DNA of 63,519 nt, filler included, from Reclinomonas americana ATCC 50394 (lineage: Eukaryota): the NCBI GenBank assembly GCA_048213135.1. It is 17 parts of 17 records of this genome, joined end to end, with 100 filler letters (N's around TTAATTAATTAA, not from the genome) between each part and the next. Parts side by side here need not be neighbours in the genome. Positions count along the whole stretch, not along the records: positions 45,607 to 53,165 come from AFZH01024175.1; positions 53,266 to 57,630 come from AFZH01024176.1; positions 57,731 to 62,321 come from AFZH01024177.1; positions 62,422 to 63,519 come from AFZH01024178.1; 13 more parts are not named here. One strand, given 5' to 3'. Positions 49,501-62,618 of this stretch are shown in pieces. The notes beneath the pieces were generated by a model. The model was not told the DNA's origin. It did not search any database and saw nothing but the letters and a program-made list of their open reading frames with translations. The translations under genes and the position numbers were made by a program. Each line of letters opens with the position of its first letter. Position 1 is the stretch's first letter.

Positions 49501-52500
49501 GGAAGCTCGTTGGTGGATGTGAGCGGCGACACGGCAGCGTTTGTGATTTCGACGAGTTGTGCAGCGGCGGCCACGACTGCCATGATCGGTGTGTCGTCGA
49601 CGCCGCCGACGAGCATGGTGCTCTCGGTGAATGCGAGCAGTGTGGCGGCGGGATCGTATGTGCTGTGTGTGCGATGGAGCAATGCTGCGTTTGCGCAGTA
49701 CACGCAAGTTGGGAGCCTTGGAGTTGGTGAGTGGTAGTGGGAGAGGGAGTGCACATGTGTGTGTAGTGGATGTGTGCTTGGCTGAGCAGTGTCGGCTGAC
49801 TCGTGTGTTATTTTCTCTCTTGTGTGTGGTGTCACAGCCAATGTGACGAGTCTGTCGGTGCCTGCGATCAACAACCGAACGGGACAGACGGTGTCGCTGA
49901 GTGGAGCGGGATTTGTGACGCTGCTGTCGAGTAGTCTCGGGGCGGCATATGATGCGTCGGCGGTGATTGTTGCGGCGAGCTGCACGACGCCGTCGTCGAC
50001 GGCACCGACTGTGGCGACGGGTGTGACGGTGACACCGAGTGTGTTTACGAGCAGCAACAGCATGGGTGTGTCGATTGATGCGAGTGGATCGAGTGGCGGC
50101 GCACTGCGGATGTGTGCGCGATGGGCGTCGAGTGTGGCGTATGTGGATGTCGGTGCATTGTCTGTTGGTGAGCCGGGGTTGGGTGATGTCACGTGTGTGT
50201 TTACATGTGAGGGGTGATGTTCTCACGCGTGCGTGTGTGCATTTATGTATTGACAGCCAACTTCATCTCGACAACACCGACCAAGCTGGAGCCACTTACT
50301 GGCCGATCGTTGACGCTGACTGGCGCCGGCTACGTGAGCGTGACGGCAGACGCGGCGGCGTTTGTGATATCAGCGAACTGCAGCACTGTGAGCAGTGTGG
50401 CGACGTTGAGCAGTGTGACGCTTGTGAACTCGACGACGTACACGATGACGGTGGATGGGTCTGGAGTGAACTCCGTGGGGAGTCGACAAGTTTGTGTGCG
50501 ATGGACGGCGAGTGAGGCGTATCAGACTGCGATATCGATTGAGATTGGTGAGTGGGAAGAGTGCGGGAAGCGGGGGGTGGGGGGGGGGGGGGAGGGGAGT
50601 GAAGAAAACTGACTGTTGTGGTATGTGTGTGTGCAGGATCTGCGACTGGATTCAGTCCGGGAATGATCCGAGGAGCCGACTCGACGGCGGTGCTGACGCT
50701 GAGTGGGACACTGTTCTCGGCGACAGACAGTGTGATTCTTGAGCGTGCGACGACATGCACGGCAGCGGGTCCGCCGGCGATGAACATGGTGTCGCCGGGT
50801 GGAGTGATCAGTGCGTCGGCGAACCGACTGCAGCTGACGGTGCCGATTGGCGGAAGTGGCATTTCGCCGGGCGGCGACTTTTCGTTGCGTGATGTGTGTG
50901 TGTAAGAGAGTGGGTGGGCGAATGAGGGTTGTTGACGAGTGATATATGTGTGTGTATGTGTGTTTGTGCATGGATGCAGTGTGTGCATTCGGTTCTCTGC
51001 GAGCGGATCGTACTTCAAAGTGGGCAGCACGTCGTTGGTTGTCCGTGAGTAATCCCCCTTGACTGCTGTGCTGCGCTGTGTGTTGTGTTGTGTGTTTGTT
51101 TATGAGTGGGTGTGCGTGCGTGTGACTGACCGTGTCGGTGTGGGTGGGTGCAGCACTCGGTCTGACATTCAGTCCTGCATCGATTCTCGCGGAGGATGCG
51201 ACGGCGACTCTGGTGATCACCGGAGCGGATCTGATTCCGACGACGGCGATTGTGGGAGTGCAGTTTGAGCCGGGGACGGCGTGCACTGGAACGAATCCAC
51301 TGTCGACACAAGCGGCGACATTTGTGGCGAACGGAGCGCTGACGCAGCTGACAGTGACAGTTGGTGGCAACGGACTGCTGCTGCCGACGGGAACGCCGCC
51401 GTTCACGTTCAGTGTGTGCGTGCAGTACTCGCCGACACCTGGATCGTACTTCAAGGTCGGGACGACGGAGTTCACTGGAGGTGAGTTGATTGTGAGGGGG
51501 AAGAGGGGAGGGGAATCGGAGGAGAATGAGTTGGATGGCTGACTGTGTGGCACACAACAGTGTCGACGACGTCTGGATTCACGCCGAGTGTGATCAATCG
51601 AGTGGGAGCAGGAGCGGCGTTTACGATTCTCGGGCGCGGTCTGTCGACGAATGATGTTGTGCGACTGGAGGTGGGATCGATGGCGTGCACGGCGAGTGGC
51701 GGCAGCTTCCCGGTGATGGTGAATGGGTCGGTGAGCGGCGGACCGGGAGCGCGACAACTGGCAGTGACAGCGCAGGGTGCGACGGTGGCGGCCGTAAGTG
51801 CTGGGAATTGTGCGGTGTGCATTCGGTTCGGCAACGTCGGCAACTTTTCACTGGTTGGATCGGTACAACTTTTTGTGGCTGACGCGACGTCTGCGAATCC
51901 GCCAGCCATGGCCGCGCTGTCTGGGCGGACGATTCAGATCAGCGGCACTGCGATGCCAGACGTGAGCACCGATCCGCTGGCGTTTGTGCTGTCGTCGGGA
52001 ACGTGCACTGGCACGCCGTCGAGTGTGGTGACGATGACGAGCATGCGGACGGTGGATACTCTGATCACACTGACGATTGACGCCAGCACGACTGCAGCCG
52101 GGGCGTACACGGTGTGTGTGCGGTGGCTGGCGACGAGTGCATACACAACGGCAAGTGGGTCAGCAGCGACTCTGAATGTTGGTGAGTGTATTGGGGAAGG
52201 AGCTTGGTGGGGCCAGTGAGTGAGTGACTGACACTGTGGTTTATGTGCACGCACAGCCACATGGTCAACTCAGGTTCCTCGAGCCGTATTCACGGTGACG
52301 ACGCCGAGTCAGACGATCGCTTTGACGGGAAGCTCGTTGGTGAATGTGAGCGGCGACACGGCGGCGTTTGTGATTTCGACGAGTTGTGCGGTGGCGGCGA
52401 CGACTGCCGTGATCAGTGTGTCGTCGTCGACGCTGCCGACGAGCATGGTGCTTGCGGTGAATGCGAGCAGTGTGGCGGCGGGGTCATATGTACTGTGTGT

Positions 52501-53165
52501 GCGATGGAGCAATGCTGCGTTTGCGCAGTACACGCAAGTTGGGAGCCTTGGAGTTGGTGAGTGGTAGTGGGAGAGGGAGTGCACATGTGTGTGTAGTGGA
52601 TGTGTGCTTGGCTGAGCAGTGTCGGCTGACTTGTGTGTTATTTTCTCTCTTGTGTGTGGTGTCACAGCCAATGTGACGAGTCTGTCGGTGCCTGCGATCA
52701 ACAACCGAACGGGACAGACGGTGTCGCTGAGTGGAGCGGGATTTGTGACGCTGCTGTCGAGTAGTCTCGGGGCGGCATATGATGCGTCGGCTGTGATTAT
52801 TGCGGCGAGCTGCACGACGCCGTCGTCGACTGCACCGACTGTGGCGACGGGTGTGACGGTGACACCGAGTGTGTTTACGAGCAGCAACAGCATGGGTGTG
52901 TCGATTGATGCGAGTGGATCGAGTGGCGGCGCACTGCGGATGTGTGTGCGATGGGCGTCGAGTGTGACGTATGTGGATGTCGGTGCATTGTCTGTTGGTG
53001 AGTCGGGGGTTGGGTGATGTGACGTTGTGTATATGTATGTGTGGAGGGGTGATGTTCTCACGCGTGCGTGTGTGCATTTATGTATTGACAGCCAACTTCA
53101 TCTCGACGACGCCGACCAAGCTGGAGCCGCTTACTGGCCGATCGTTGACGCTGACTGGCGCCGGC
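43596..53165 (+). CDS. Giant secreted protein built of ~100-aa TIG/IPT-like Cys-containing repeats (3'-truncated)
   Basis: Hydrophobic N-terminus (LVFLSLLAFAVLC); more than 15 repeats of the form F[ST]PxxI...TITGxGL...C...GxYxVCxx[WF]...VGxxxLxVG, mostly one repeat per phase-1 exon. Confidence 0.78.
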
Positions 53166-53265
53166 NNNNNNNNNNNNNNNNNNNNNNNNNNNNNNNNNNN
53201 NNNNNNNNNTTAATTAATTAANNNNNNNNNNNNNNNNNNNNNNNNNNNNNNNNNNNNNNNNNNNN

Positions 53266-56200
53266 GTACCGGTGCAGAGTGAGTGCTCTGGCGTACGACT
53301 GTGTGCTACGTGGTGCGTGCGACACGAACCCTGTCACCGGCTCCGAGTGGCCTCGATAGGCGCGCACGCAGTCGGCGGTGCTGAGGTCGAACTCGCGGAT
53401 CACGGTGTCCCAACACGCGGTCACCACGTGCTCCTCGTGACCGGCTGCCGAGCGGAACCGGACTGCCGTCACCCATCCGTCGTGCTCCTCGAGAACGTGC
53501 GTGCACACGGGGAGCTCGGTGCGGCCGTCGGGGGAGTAGGCGCTCGTGAATTCGTATACGCGCGCCGTCGCATCCCACGAACCGCTGGCCAGTCGTTTGC
53601 CGTCGACAGAGAACGCCACACTGCAGCACACACACATGTCACGACGGCGGTGACTGGGAGACGATGACAGGCAACCAAAAAGAAAAAATACGCAGACGCA
53701 CCTCGTCACCATATCCTCGTGCTCCGCAATCAGATGCAGGCAGTCGCCAGTGGCGGCATTCCACACGCGCACCGTCTTGTCGACGCTGCCCGAGGCAATG
53801 AGCTTGCCGTCGCACGAGAACACGCCACACATGACGAGTTCCTGGTGGCCGCTAAACACGCGCACCACCGACACCGATGAGCCAGTGTCGAGGCTCCACA
53901 AACGGAGAGTGCGATCCTCCGATGCCGTCAGCACCGTGCGCGTGTCGGTCGGTGAGAAGGCCACCGACGTCACGGGTTCGGAGTGTGCGCCTTGCAGCAC
54001 GTGCGTGCAGGTCGATGAAATCACATCCCACACTCGCGCCGTGGTGTCGACACTGCCCGACACCACGTGCACCGAGTCGCCGCAAAACGCCACACTCGTC
54101 AGCTTGTCGGTGTGACCAAACAACGTCGTCACGCAGGCGCCACTAGACGCATCCCACACTCGCACCGATGCGTCCTGGCCAGCCGAGGCCACCAGCAAGC
54201 CGTCGACAGAACACGCAACCGACACCACATGCGCTGTGTGGTGATCCGTTGCCTTGAGCGACTGATGACCGGCCGAATCCCACACACGAACGCGCTGCCG
54301 AGGAAGGGGAGGAGTAAGTGAGTGCACTGCAAAGGAAAGAGGGACGCGAGCGCCCTGCTTCACCTGATCGTAGCCACCCGAGGCCAGCAACCGACCATCG
54401 GCGTCCCACGACACGCTGGTCACCATGCCTCGATGCCCCAGCAGCAGGTGCGTGCACGCGCCACTGGCCACATCGAACACGCGCACCGTATTGTCCTCGG
54501 CTCCACTGGCAAATCTGTGGGGCGTGTCAGCAGCGACACACACACACACACACACATGTGTGTGTGTGTGTGTGTGCGACGTGGTGTGGGTACATACATA
54601 CGTACCGTCGACCATCTGGCGAAATTACCACTGCATTCACCAAGCCAGAGTGCACACCGGCGACAGTGCGCACGCACGCACCCGTATCCACATCCCATAT
54701 GCGAAGTGTGCGATCCCACGATCCACTGATACACAGCACCTGGCCACCGGCCGCCACCTGGCACGCCACACTCGATACTTCGCGCTATTGCGTGCAATCT
54801 CCACAATGAACACAATAAAGAGAGGGAGAGGCGCTCGCTAAAAATCGCTCACCGTATGCCCCGTCAAGCTGTGCAACAGTGTGCCGTCAGAGACGCGCCA
54901 CACGTCCACCGTGCGATCGTGACTCGCGGAACAAAGGCGCGTGTCATCAGGCGAGAAGGCCAGTGACGCCACCCGACCAGTGTGCTGTCGCAGTGTTCGC
55001 ACGCACTGCCACGAGGTGGTGCTCCACAGTCGAATCTGCGCGGCATTGTCTGGTGGGATATCTCTGACCAGTACATGGCACGCAGAGCACGGTGAATACG
55101 AACGGTCTTGTCATCGGCACCAGTGGCCACTTGACCGGCCTTGCTCGCAAAACACACGGCACACACGGCGGCAGTGTGCCCCTCAAGAGTGGCCAGCACT
55201 ATGCACGCAGACACAAAGATGAACATCTACTGCTGCCTCTTCGCCCTTTCCGTGTGCGTGTGTGTGTGTAGGGTAACCGCACCTCGCTGATCTTCCATGT
55301 TGACGACCTTGGCGGTCTTGTCGGACGAAGCCGTGCCGAGCCAGCACCCATCAGGCGACAAATCTATCCCACTGACAGATCCACTGTGCAGCGAAAATGT
55401 GCGCGACGAGCGACCCGTGTCCAACATGTACATGTTCACCCGACCGTCCCACGTGCCCACCAGCACCGCCTGCCCATTGTGGGCCATTTTCACCGCGTCA
55501 ACATTTGAGTTCCCCGCGATCCACGGAAAGTGTTCACCCAACAACACATTGTCCATTTGTGCGTTGTCCAGAATGGCGCCACGCAGCCACGCACCATCCA
55601 GCGAGACATTGCGCAAATCAGCCCCTCGAAGCACACACGAGTCCATCATGGCGTGCGACAACACAGCTCCCGGAATACGAATGCCATGCAGATCCAGCTT
55701 GGCAAACGACATGTGTGCCAGATTCAACACGGAGATGGCGTTCGCCGCAGCCACGGCCAGCGTCGGCCGTGAGCGACTTTCGCAGACGAGAGCAAGAAAG
55801 CGATCCCGCACGTCCTTTCGGCTGCGAGCGTGTTCAGCCATGAAGAGAATGACGGCCAGCTGCATCGGGAGGGTGAGCACGGGGTGCGAGTGGGACGACA
55901 GCGTGTGGGCGGCAATGAACCTCGTGCACCAGCAGGCGCTGGTTGACTACGTGGTTCTCGACATGATCGAGCGATTGCGTGATAGCATCCACGGCGGCCT
56001 GCGCAGCAAAGTACTCGAGGATCGAGTTGTGTACAAAACGCACACAACCGGCACCCACACGCTGCACCATGCACTGGGAGACGCAGAGGGAAAGAGGGAG
56101 GGAGCGGCTGTTCGTCAGTACAAACAGGAGTGGACGAATATCGCCTGGATAACATACCGCAGTGCGCAGGTATCGCTGCCGTTCGTTCTTGCGCTCGGGA

Positions 56201-57630
56201 AACACTCGCCGCCACAACTCGCCCTGCTCCTCCTTGTTGAGAATGACAAGCCGGTGATGGAACATGTGACTCGCCAGCCGATATCCGAAATCACGCATGG
56301 CACGCACAGCATCGGCCTCGTCAACAAACATGCCCTATTATGCGCGAGTCAGACCGCCGATGTACGCAAAAGTGCATCCACACGAACACACATAATGAGG
56401 AGCCAACAAACCGCAGGCGCATTGGTTGCCGCACGAGCAAACCACCATTCGACAAAGTGATGATACAACTCGCCACGAAACACAGGCTTTCGCCGAGCTC
56501 CATCACCAGTCACCGACGTCAACTTGGTGATGACTCGCACCGCCATCGTAAGCATCAGCGGTAGTCGCACAAGCCGCTCGAGACCCAAGACCGACTGAAT
56601 CGCCGAGTCGTACCGCGTCCAGTCGCTCCACTCAGAGTCCCCAGTGGCAACAAATCTGAAGCCAAGAGAAAATAAGCGCAAAATTATTGCAGAAAACCAA
56701 ATCACACTGCCGTGGACAAACTGCTGCAAGTACTGCTGGATGTCGTTGTGTTGGAAGGGGCGAAGCGCGCACTGATCCAACTCGTGCACACCGATGCGAT
56801 GCTTGGAGCCGGTGGGCGACACGGCGATGGTGGGGTCATTGGGAGCAATGGGCTCGAACACCTGGGCAGCGCGCGGCCCGACCACGTGATGCAAGAACTC
56901 GGTTTGGCACGACACAATCAGCTTGAGCGACGTCCACTCGTGCAACTCATTGGTCTGGTAAATGTTGCGCAGGTCGGTCGACACAATCTCGTCGTACCCG
57001 TCCAGTACGAGAAGCAGCGGTGGCGATCGTCGCTGCTGCAGCTGACGAACCTGCAAGTGTCACACAAGTGAGGCACTGGTGTCACACGAGGAAATCGAAA
57101 GTGTGTGCAATCGTACCTGCTGCGCCGAAAAGCCCTCTTTGCAGAGCAGATAGTCCACCACGCGATGATAGGGATTGCGAATGGTGTTGAGATTGGCCAT
57201 AATGTACACAGGAAGGTCATCCTTCCAGCGCCACTGCTGCCAGGCGAGCGCAGTGACACGTCGCAGGAACTTGCTCTTGCCGGCTCCGGAGCCGCCACTC
57301 ACTAGGAGCACCTGCATCCAGTGTCATCGACCATGTGAAAGAGGTGCACACCACCAATCATGTTACCTTTCGCTTGCGGTTTTCTTTATCTACAAAGGAC
57401 TGCAGCACGTCCGTGGCAGCCTCGTCATGCTGGTCGTTGGGATGGCGTCCGGCGCGAGGCGCAATAAAAATGTTGAGACCGTGCGTCTCTCCCTCCAAAA
57501 AGCGCATCCACCGATGCCGCAACCGCAAGAACAGCATGCACATGACGCGATCCCGCTGAGGCTGCACACACAAGGAGGGTCAGCACGTGACAATGGCAGT
57601 GTGCATGGCAGACTGGGGCTGCACAAACCA
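53266..57630 (-). CDS. NACHT NTPase - pentapeptide repeat - WD40 protein (NLR-like STAND), partial at both ends
   Basis: Walker A VLLVSGGSGAGKS; Walker B LLLVLDGYDEI; LPLML; FVHNSILEYFAA; AAANAISVL followed by pentapeptides (LRGADLRNVSLDGAWLRGAILDNAQM); more than ten GH..V...SGS.D.TVRVWD repeats. Confidence 0.92.
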
Positions 57631-57787
57631 NNNNNNNNNNNNNNNNNNNNNNNNNNNNNNNNNNNNNNNNNNNNTTAATTAATTAANNNNNNNNNNNNNN
57701 NNNNNNNNNNNNNNNNNNNNNNNNNNNNNNGCGCACACACACACGAGTGAGCAGACAACTGGGGAGGAAGAGGGTGGACAACCTCAC

Positions 57788-58363
57788 CTGCATGAGTCGC
57801 TCCAGTTGCTTGTCGCGCGGTGTGAACACCACAATGCGCTCTTGCAGGAACCGTGGCACGACGGCCATCTTCTCCAGGAGCGCCGAGTCGAGCACCACAA
57901 TGTGTGTGGCCTCCACCCACGCCATCATGATGCGGCGAAAGATCTCGCGACCAATGGCCGGGTGTGTGATGCGATTGAGTTTCTGGGTGAGAGTGTGAGT
58001 GAGAGCATGGGAGGGCAGAAGAGAGGCAAGGAGGGAGGGAGAGCCAACTTGAAGGGCAGATGGGTCGGAGAACACAATGTTGCTGAGGGCGGGGCGATTG
58101 AGGGTGCCGAGAGCGGTGAGCACCGAGTTGCCGAATTCGGCGGCGATGCGTTGCAGCAGCTTGCTGCCGGGTTGCGAGATGAGGTCGTCGTAGACGCGAT
58201 CGGCATCGATGACACACACATTGCCGTGGCGACTGAGCACCTCGGAGACTGTGGACTTGCCACTGGCGATGCCGCCTGCGTGGAGGGTGTGTTACGGCGT
58301 CAGTGCAGAGTGGGGGTGGAAGGAAAGGCTGCATGATGCACCCGTGAGGCCGACGAGCAACAT
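57788..58363 (-). CDS. DCAKD: Dephospho-CoA kinase (3'-truncated)
   Basis: Spliced MLLVGLTGGIASGKSTVS, VIDAD, LNRPALSNIVFSD, LNRITHPAI, QLERLM. Confidence 0.9.
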
Positions 58364-59560
58364 TCTTCGTGTGTTCCTGGGAGAAGAGGACACCATGACA
58401 CCCTTCCACGCAACATCGGAGGGCGGAAGTGTGAGGCGGTGTGGCACGCAAGAACCTCGACTGCGGGAAAGTATGACAGCGCGAACAGGCAGTGGTGCAG
58501 CTGCGCAGTCTGCATTGGAGTTTCAGCAAAAGTTTTTCCGTGGCCACGACGCTGTTTGTTGTCGACGTCTTCCCATGTTAAGAAGCTGTATGAGGACTGG
58601 ACATGCAGGATACAGCTCATGCGAACGGCTTGGTGGGGGAGGTGGAGGGTGGTGAGGGTGGTGAGGGTGCCGAGCGTTGGGGTCGACCGCATAGAGAGAT
58701 TCGAATATTCAGGAGCGGACGCACTCGAGCTCGAGCCCAGCAGCGTTCACACTCGCATGCACGACAACGTGTCCATCAGCATCAAGTGTCAGTGGCTGTG
58801 GATGCGCTGACACTGCGAGCACGACGGGAGAAGATGCATGGCCCACGACGACGAGGCACAGGATGTGCGCATCTGCATCGAATTCTTCACGATCGGATAA
58901 TTAAACTCTCTGGCCAACTACTATTTTTTGAGCGCCTCGTGTGCCCCACGCACATCGCAGTGCGCCAGCTGCAGCTTGGCGACGCTGGTCGAAGGGTGCG
59001 GTTGTCGTGAGGCCGATCCAACGCGGCGTGCGCCCGATGCGATTGCAATCGTGGTATGTCAGAGCGCACCTTTTCGTCCGAAACTCTTCGGACGTTCACC
59101 GCCGTGGAGAGAGAGGGGGAGAGTGGCAAGAGTGGAGGAGACGCTGGAGGTGAGTCGCAGTGGGGGCAAGTAGGGGAGAATCCGCTGTTAAGATGCACTC
59201 TTGTACAAGCATGCATGCAGAAAACCACGCGCCCATTGACAAGCGATTACCCGCTGCACCCTGCAGCTGCACATCAGCAGCAACCAGCCGCAAGGCGGGA
59301 TGGAACACAGGCCACGAACGCAGGCTGCCAACCGACCCGGAGAAACTCTAATCTGCAAGTTCGCATTTGGCTATTGTCCCCCTGGAAAAGGCCAGGAGCA
59401 TATGCGCATTCAAGGGCAGATCTCATTTTTTGACCGCATCGTCCTTTTTTCTCGTCTTTCTTTGAGCGAAGACCAGGTGCCTTCACTTCTTGTTTCCTCC
59501 TCGAACTTATTCGCATCTTTCACGATCACTCATCGCTCTCTCCTCTCCCCACCCTGCAGC

Positions 59561-62276
59561 ATGTCTCTCTCTCGTCGCACCTCGACAACACTGCTCCTCG
59601 TGGCTCTTGCCATGACACTGCTCGCCACCACCGCCATGGCCTGCAGTGGCGACTCGGAATGCAACTACCCCTACGGATACTGCAAGTCGTTGCGTCTCGC
59701 TGCGAGGGAGAGTGATGCTGTTTTTTCTCCCTGCTTGCTTTTGTTTTGTTTTGTCTGATTGTTGTGTTTGACACATTCTTCCGCCTTCTTCACCCTCTTA
59801 TCCTCGCCCCCTTTCTCCCTCTCCTGCTTCCCTCTCGCGTGTTGTCACCTCGGGCTCCGCTGCATGCGTGTGCGGAAAGAGTTTTCGAGTTTCGGACTTT
59901 TTTCTATGATCATGCCCTTTCGTCTGTGCGTGTGCCGCCTCTCTCGTTGTTTTCCTGTATCTCGCTGTCGATCAAGGCAGTGTTGTGTGATCTCACGTCT
60001 CTTTGCCTTGACTCTCACCATCCCCCTTCCCCCTCTCGCTCTCTCTCTCTCCCTGCAGTGGCTCGTGCATCTGCGGCAACCGCTCTGACGGCTCCCTCAA
60101 CCTCAACCGCGGCGATTCGTGCCAGTGCTACGCTGGTGGCAAGGGCGGCCAGTGCAATGGCGCGCAGTATCCAAACAACTACGCCTACGGCACCTCCACT
60201 CAGTGCACGACGGCCGCCGCCTGCATTGCCGCCACATCGACCCCGCCGGTGGCGACGTGCTCCATTGACTCGGACTGCAACTACCCGTTGCGTTCTTAAC
60301 TCGTGCACTCTTGTATACGCACACCGCAGTATGCTGACAATATTCCTCTCCCGGCACACAGGTACGGTTTCTGCCAGTCCGGTTCGTGCTTCTGCGGCAA
60401 CCGCAGCGACCTGTCGCGCAACCTCAACGTGGGCACGCACTGCCAGTGCTTTGCGGGCGGCCGCGGTGGCGAGTGCAATGGCGTCAACTACCCCAACAAT
60501 TACTCCTTCAACGGCGGATGCGGCTCGCCGGCCGCCTGTGTGGCCTTCACCGAGTGCGCTCCGTGCCCGGCCAATCAGTACCAGTCGTCGCCGTGCACAC
60601 CCATGGCTGATCGCGTGTGCACCGACCTCACCGTGTGCCAGGCGGGCGAAGTCGAGCGTGTCGCGCCCACCGCCACCAGTGATCGCGTGTGGTGAGTTTT
60701 TGTTCGGAAAAACTTCTGCCTGTCTTTATGCATGCTGCTCATCGTACCCGTCGCAGTGCCACCCGCGGAGGCATCGTGAGCGGCACCGTGAAGGACGCCT
60801 TCAGTGGCACCCTCATGTCCGGTGTGGCCGTGAGCATCGGCAGCCACAGCACCTTCACCAACGACCAGGGCACTTTCTCGTTCGGTGTCCTGGACGCCAC
60901 TCCCAGCGCGGTGCTGATTGCCTCGTACACCGGCTACCTCGTCAACTACCGCACCCTGTCGATTGTCGACGGCGAGACAACCTGGGTCAACGTGCAGATC
61001 GCGCACACTCAAGTGCAGCAGCTGGTGACTCCAGCCATCGGCGGCGCCGTGTCGAGCAACTCGCACACGGTCACCTTCCCGGCCAACGCGTTCGCCTACG
61101 CCGACGACCCAACACAGCTCGTGACGAATCCGGTCAGCGTGTTCCTGGCAGGCTTCGATTTCAGCAGCGCGAATGCACACATGAACGCCTTCCCCGGCGA
61201 TTTCATCGGCCGTGACGGCAGCGGCAACTCGGTGTCGCTGAGCAGCCTTGGTTTCCTCCATGTGCGCATGGTGGACTCTGTCAACGGAAAGATTGTTGAG
61301 CTGGCGCCTGGCGTCTCCGCCACACTGCGCCTCGAGTCGGCTCTCTCTGCCACGGCACCGGCGACCGTGCCTCTGTGGAGCTTCGACACAGCCTCTGGCC
61401 AGTGGGTGCAGGAGACGTTTGGTGCGCGTGACGGCTCGGCGCTGGTTGGCTCGTGCGTACCCCTTGCCTTTCTCTCTCTCTCTCTCTCTCTGTTCCTTTC
61501 GTCTAACCGCAGTGTGTCTCCTCGGCAGGGTGACGCACTTTTCGTACTGGAACTGGGACATTGTCGACCAGACCATTTACGCCACCGGCTGCGTGACGTT
61601 TGCCAGCGGCGCACGAGTGTCCAACGTGGAGGTCGTTCACACGGGTGAAGGCTTCATGGGCTCGTCGAGGGCACTGACTCAGTGGGACGGATGCTTCCGT
61701 ATCCCTGTCCGTGCCGCAAGCACGATTCACCTGGTGGCCACCTACTTTGGCGTCAACGGCACGGTGCTGACACTCGTCACCCCCGCGTACCCGCACGCCG
61801 ATATTGCCGTCGGCAACCTGCTGCTCACGACGGCTCCGATTGACTTGTACGTGTTGCTGACTTGGGGTGTGCACCCGCACGACCTCGACAGCCACCTGTT
61901 CACGCCGGTTCCGGCCCCCAACCCGGCTCACCACATCTACTATGTGAACCGTGGCTCCCTGATCGTCAATCCGTTTGCCGGCCTCAACACCGATGACACG
62001 ACATCGTACGGACCGGAGATCATTGCCGTCAACTTCCAGCCATCGCTCCTCGGCAACTTCACCTACTGCGTGCACAACTACTCGGGCGAGGCAGGCATTG
62101 AGACGTCGGGCGCAGTGGTGCTGTACGTGTACCCCAAGAAGTTCAAGTTCCAGTTTTACACTGTGCCGACCTCCAACCCCAACCACTACCGCTGGTGGAA
62201 GGTGTTCTCGTTCAACCGTGCCGGAACGTCTGCGACCTTCAGCTCCGTCAACACGTTCGTCAACGCCTGCACTTGA
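59561..62276 (+). CDS. Secreted chimeric protein: two Cys-rich repeats, TNFR-like Cys module, carboxypeptidase-regulatory-like domain, THFSxWNxD domain and DUF2135/YfaP-like C-terminus
   Basis: Signal peptide; duplicated CSxDSxCNYPYGxCxSGSCxCGNRSD...CQCxAGGxGGxCNGxxYPNNY; CPANQYQSSPCTPMADRVC; VSGTVKDAFSGTLMSGVAV; VPLWSFDTASGQWVQE...VTHFSYWNWD; LTWGVHPHDLDSHL...DDTTSYGPE...VHNYS. Confidence 0.75.
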
Positions 62277-62618
62277 GCGGCCACCAGTGCGACAGTTTTG
62301 TGGATAGGCGTGTGTGCATTGNNNNNNNNNNNNNNNNNNNNNNNNNNNNNNNNNNNNNNNNNNNNTTAATTAATTAANNNNNNNNNNNNNNNNNNNNNNN
62401 NNNNNNNNNNNNNNNNNNNNNCCATTCGCCGCAGCGGCAGCGTCGCCGGTGGCACTGCACCGATGGCCGGTACCGATGTGCGCGCCAGCACAGGTGCCGC
62501 AGCACCACCCTCCTCAGGAGCAAGCTTGACCGCCACGGGTGGCGTGCGAGCGAGGTGAGCGAGCGCAGGCTAGCGAAATTCACCAGGGAAGAGACTCATG
62601 TTGTGCATCGCAGCAGTG

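Noticed and set aside
58377..58414. Possible 38-nt GTTGCG intron extending DCAKD upstream
   Set aside because: In frame but shorter than other introns and unsupported by homology; not counted among the 23 donors.
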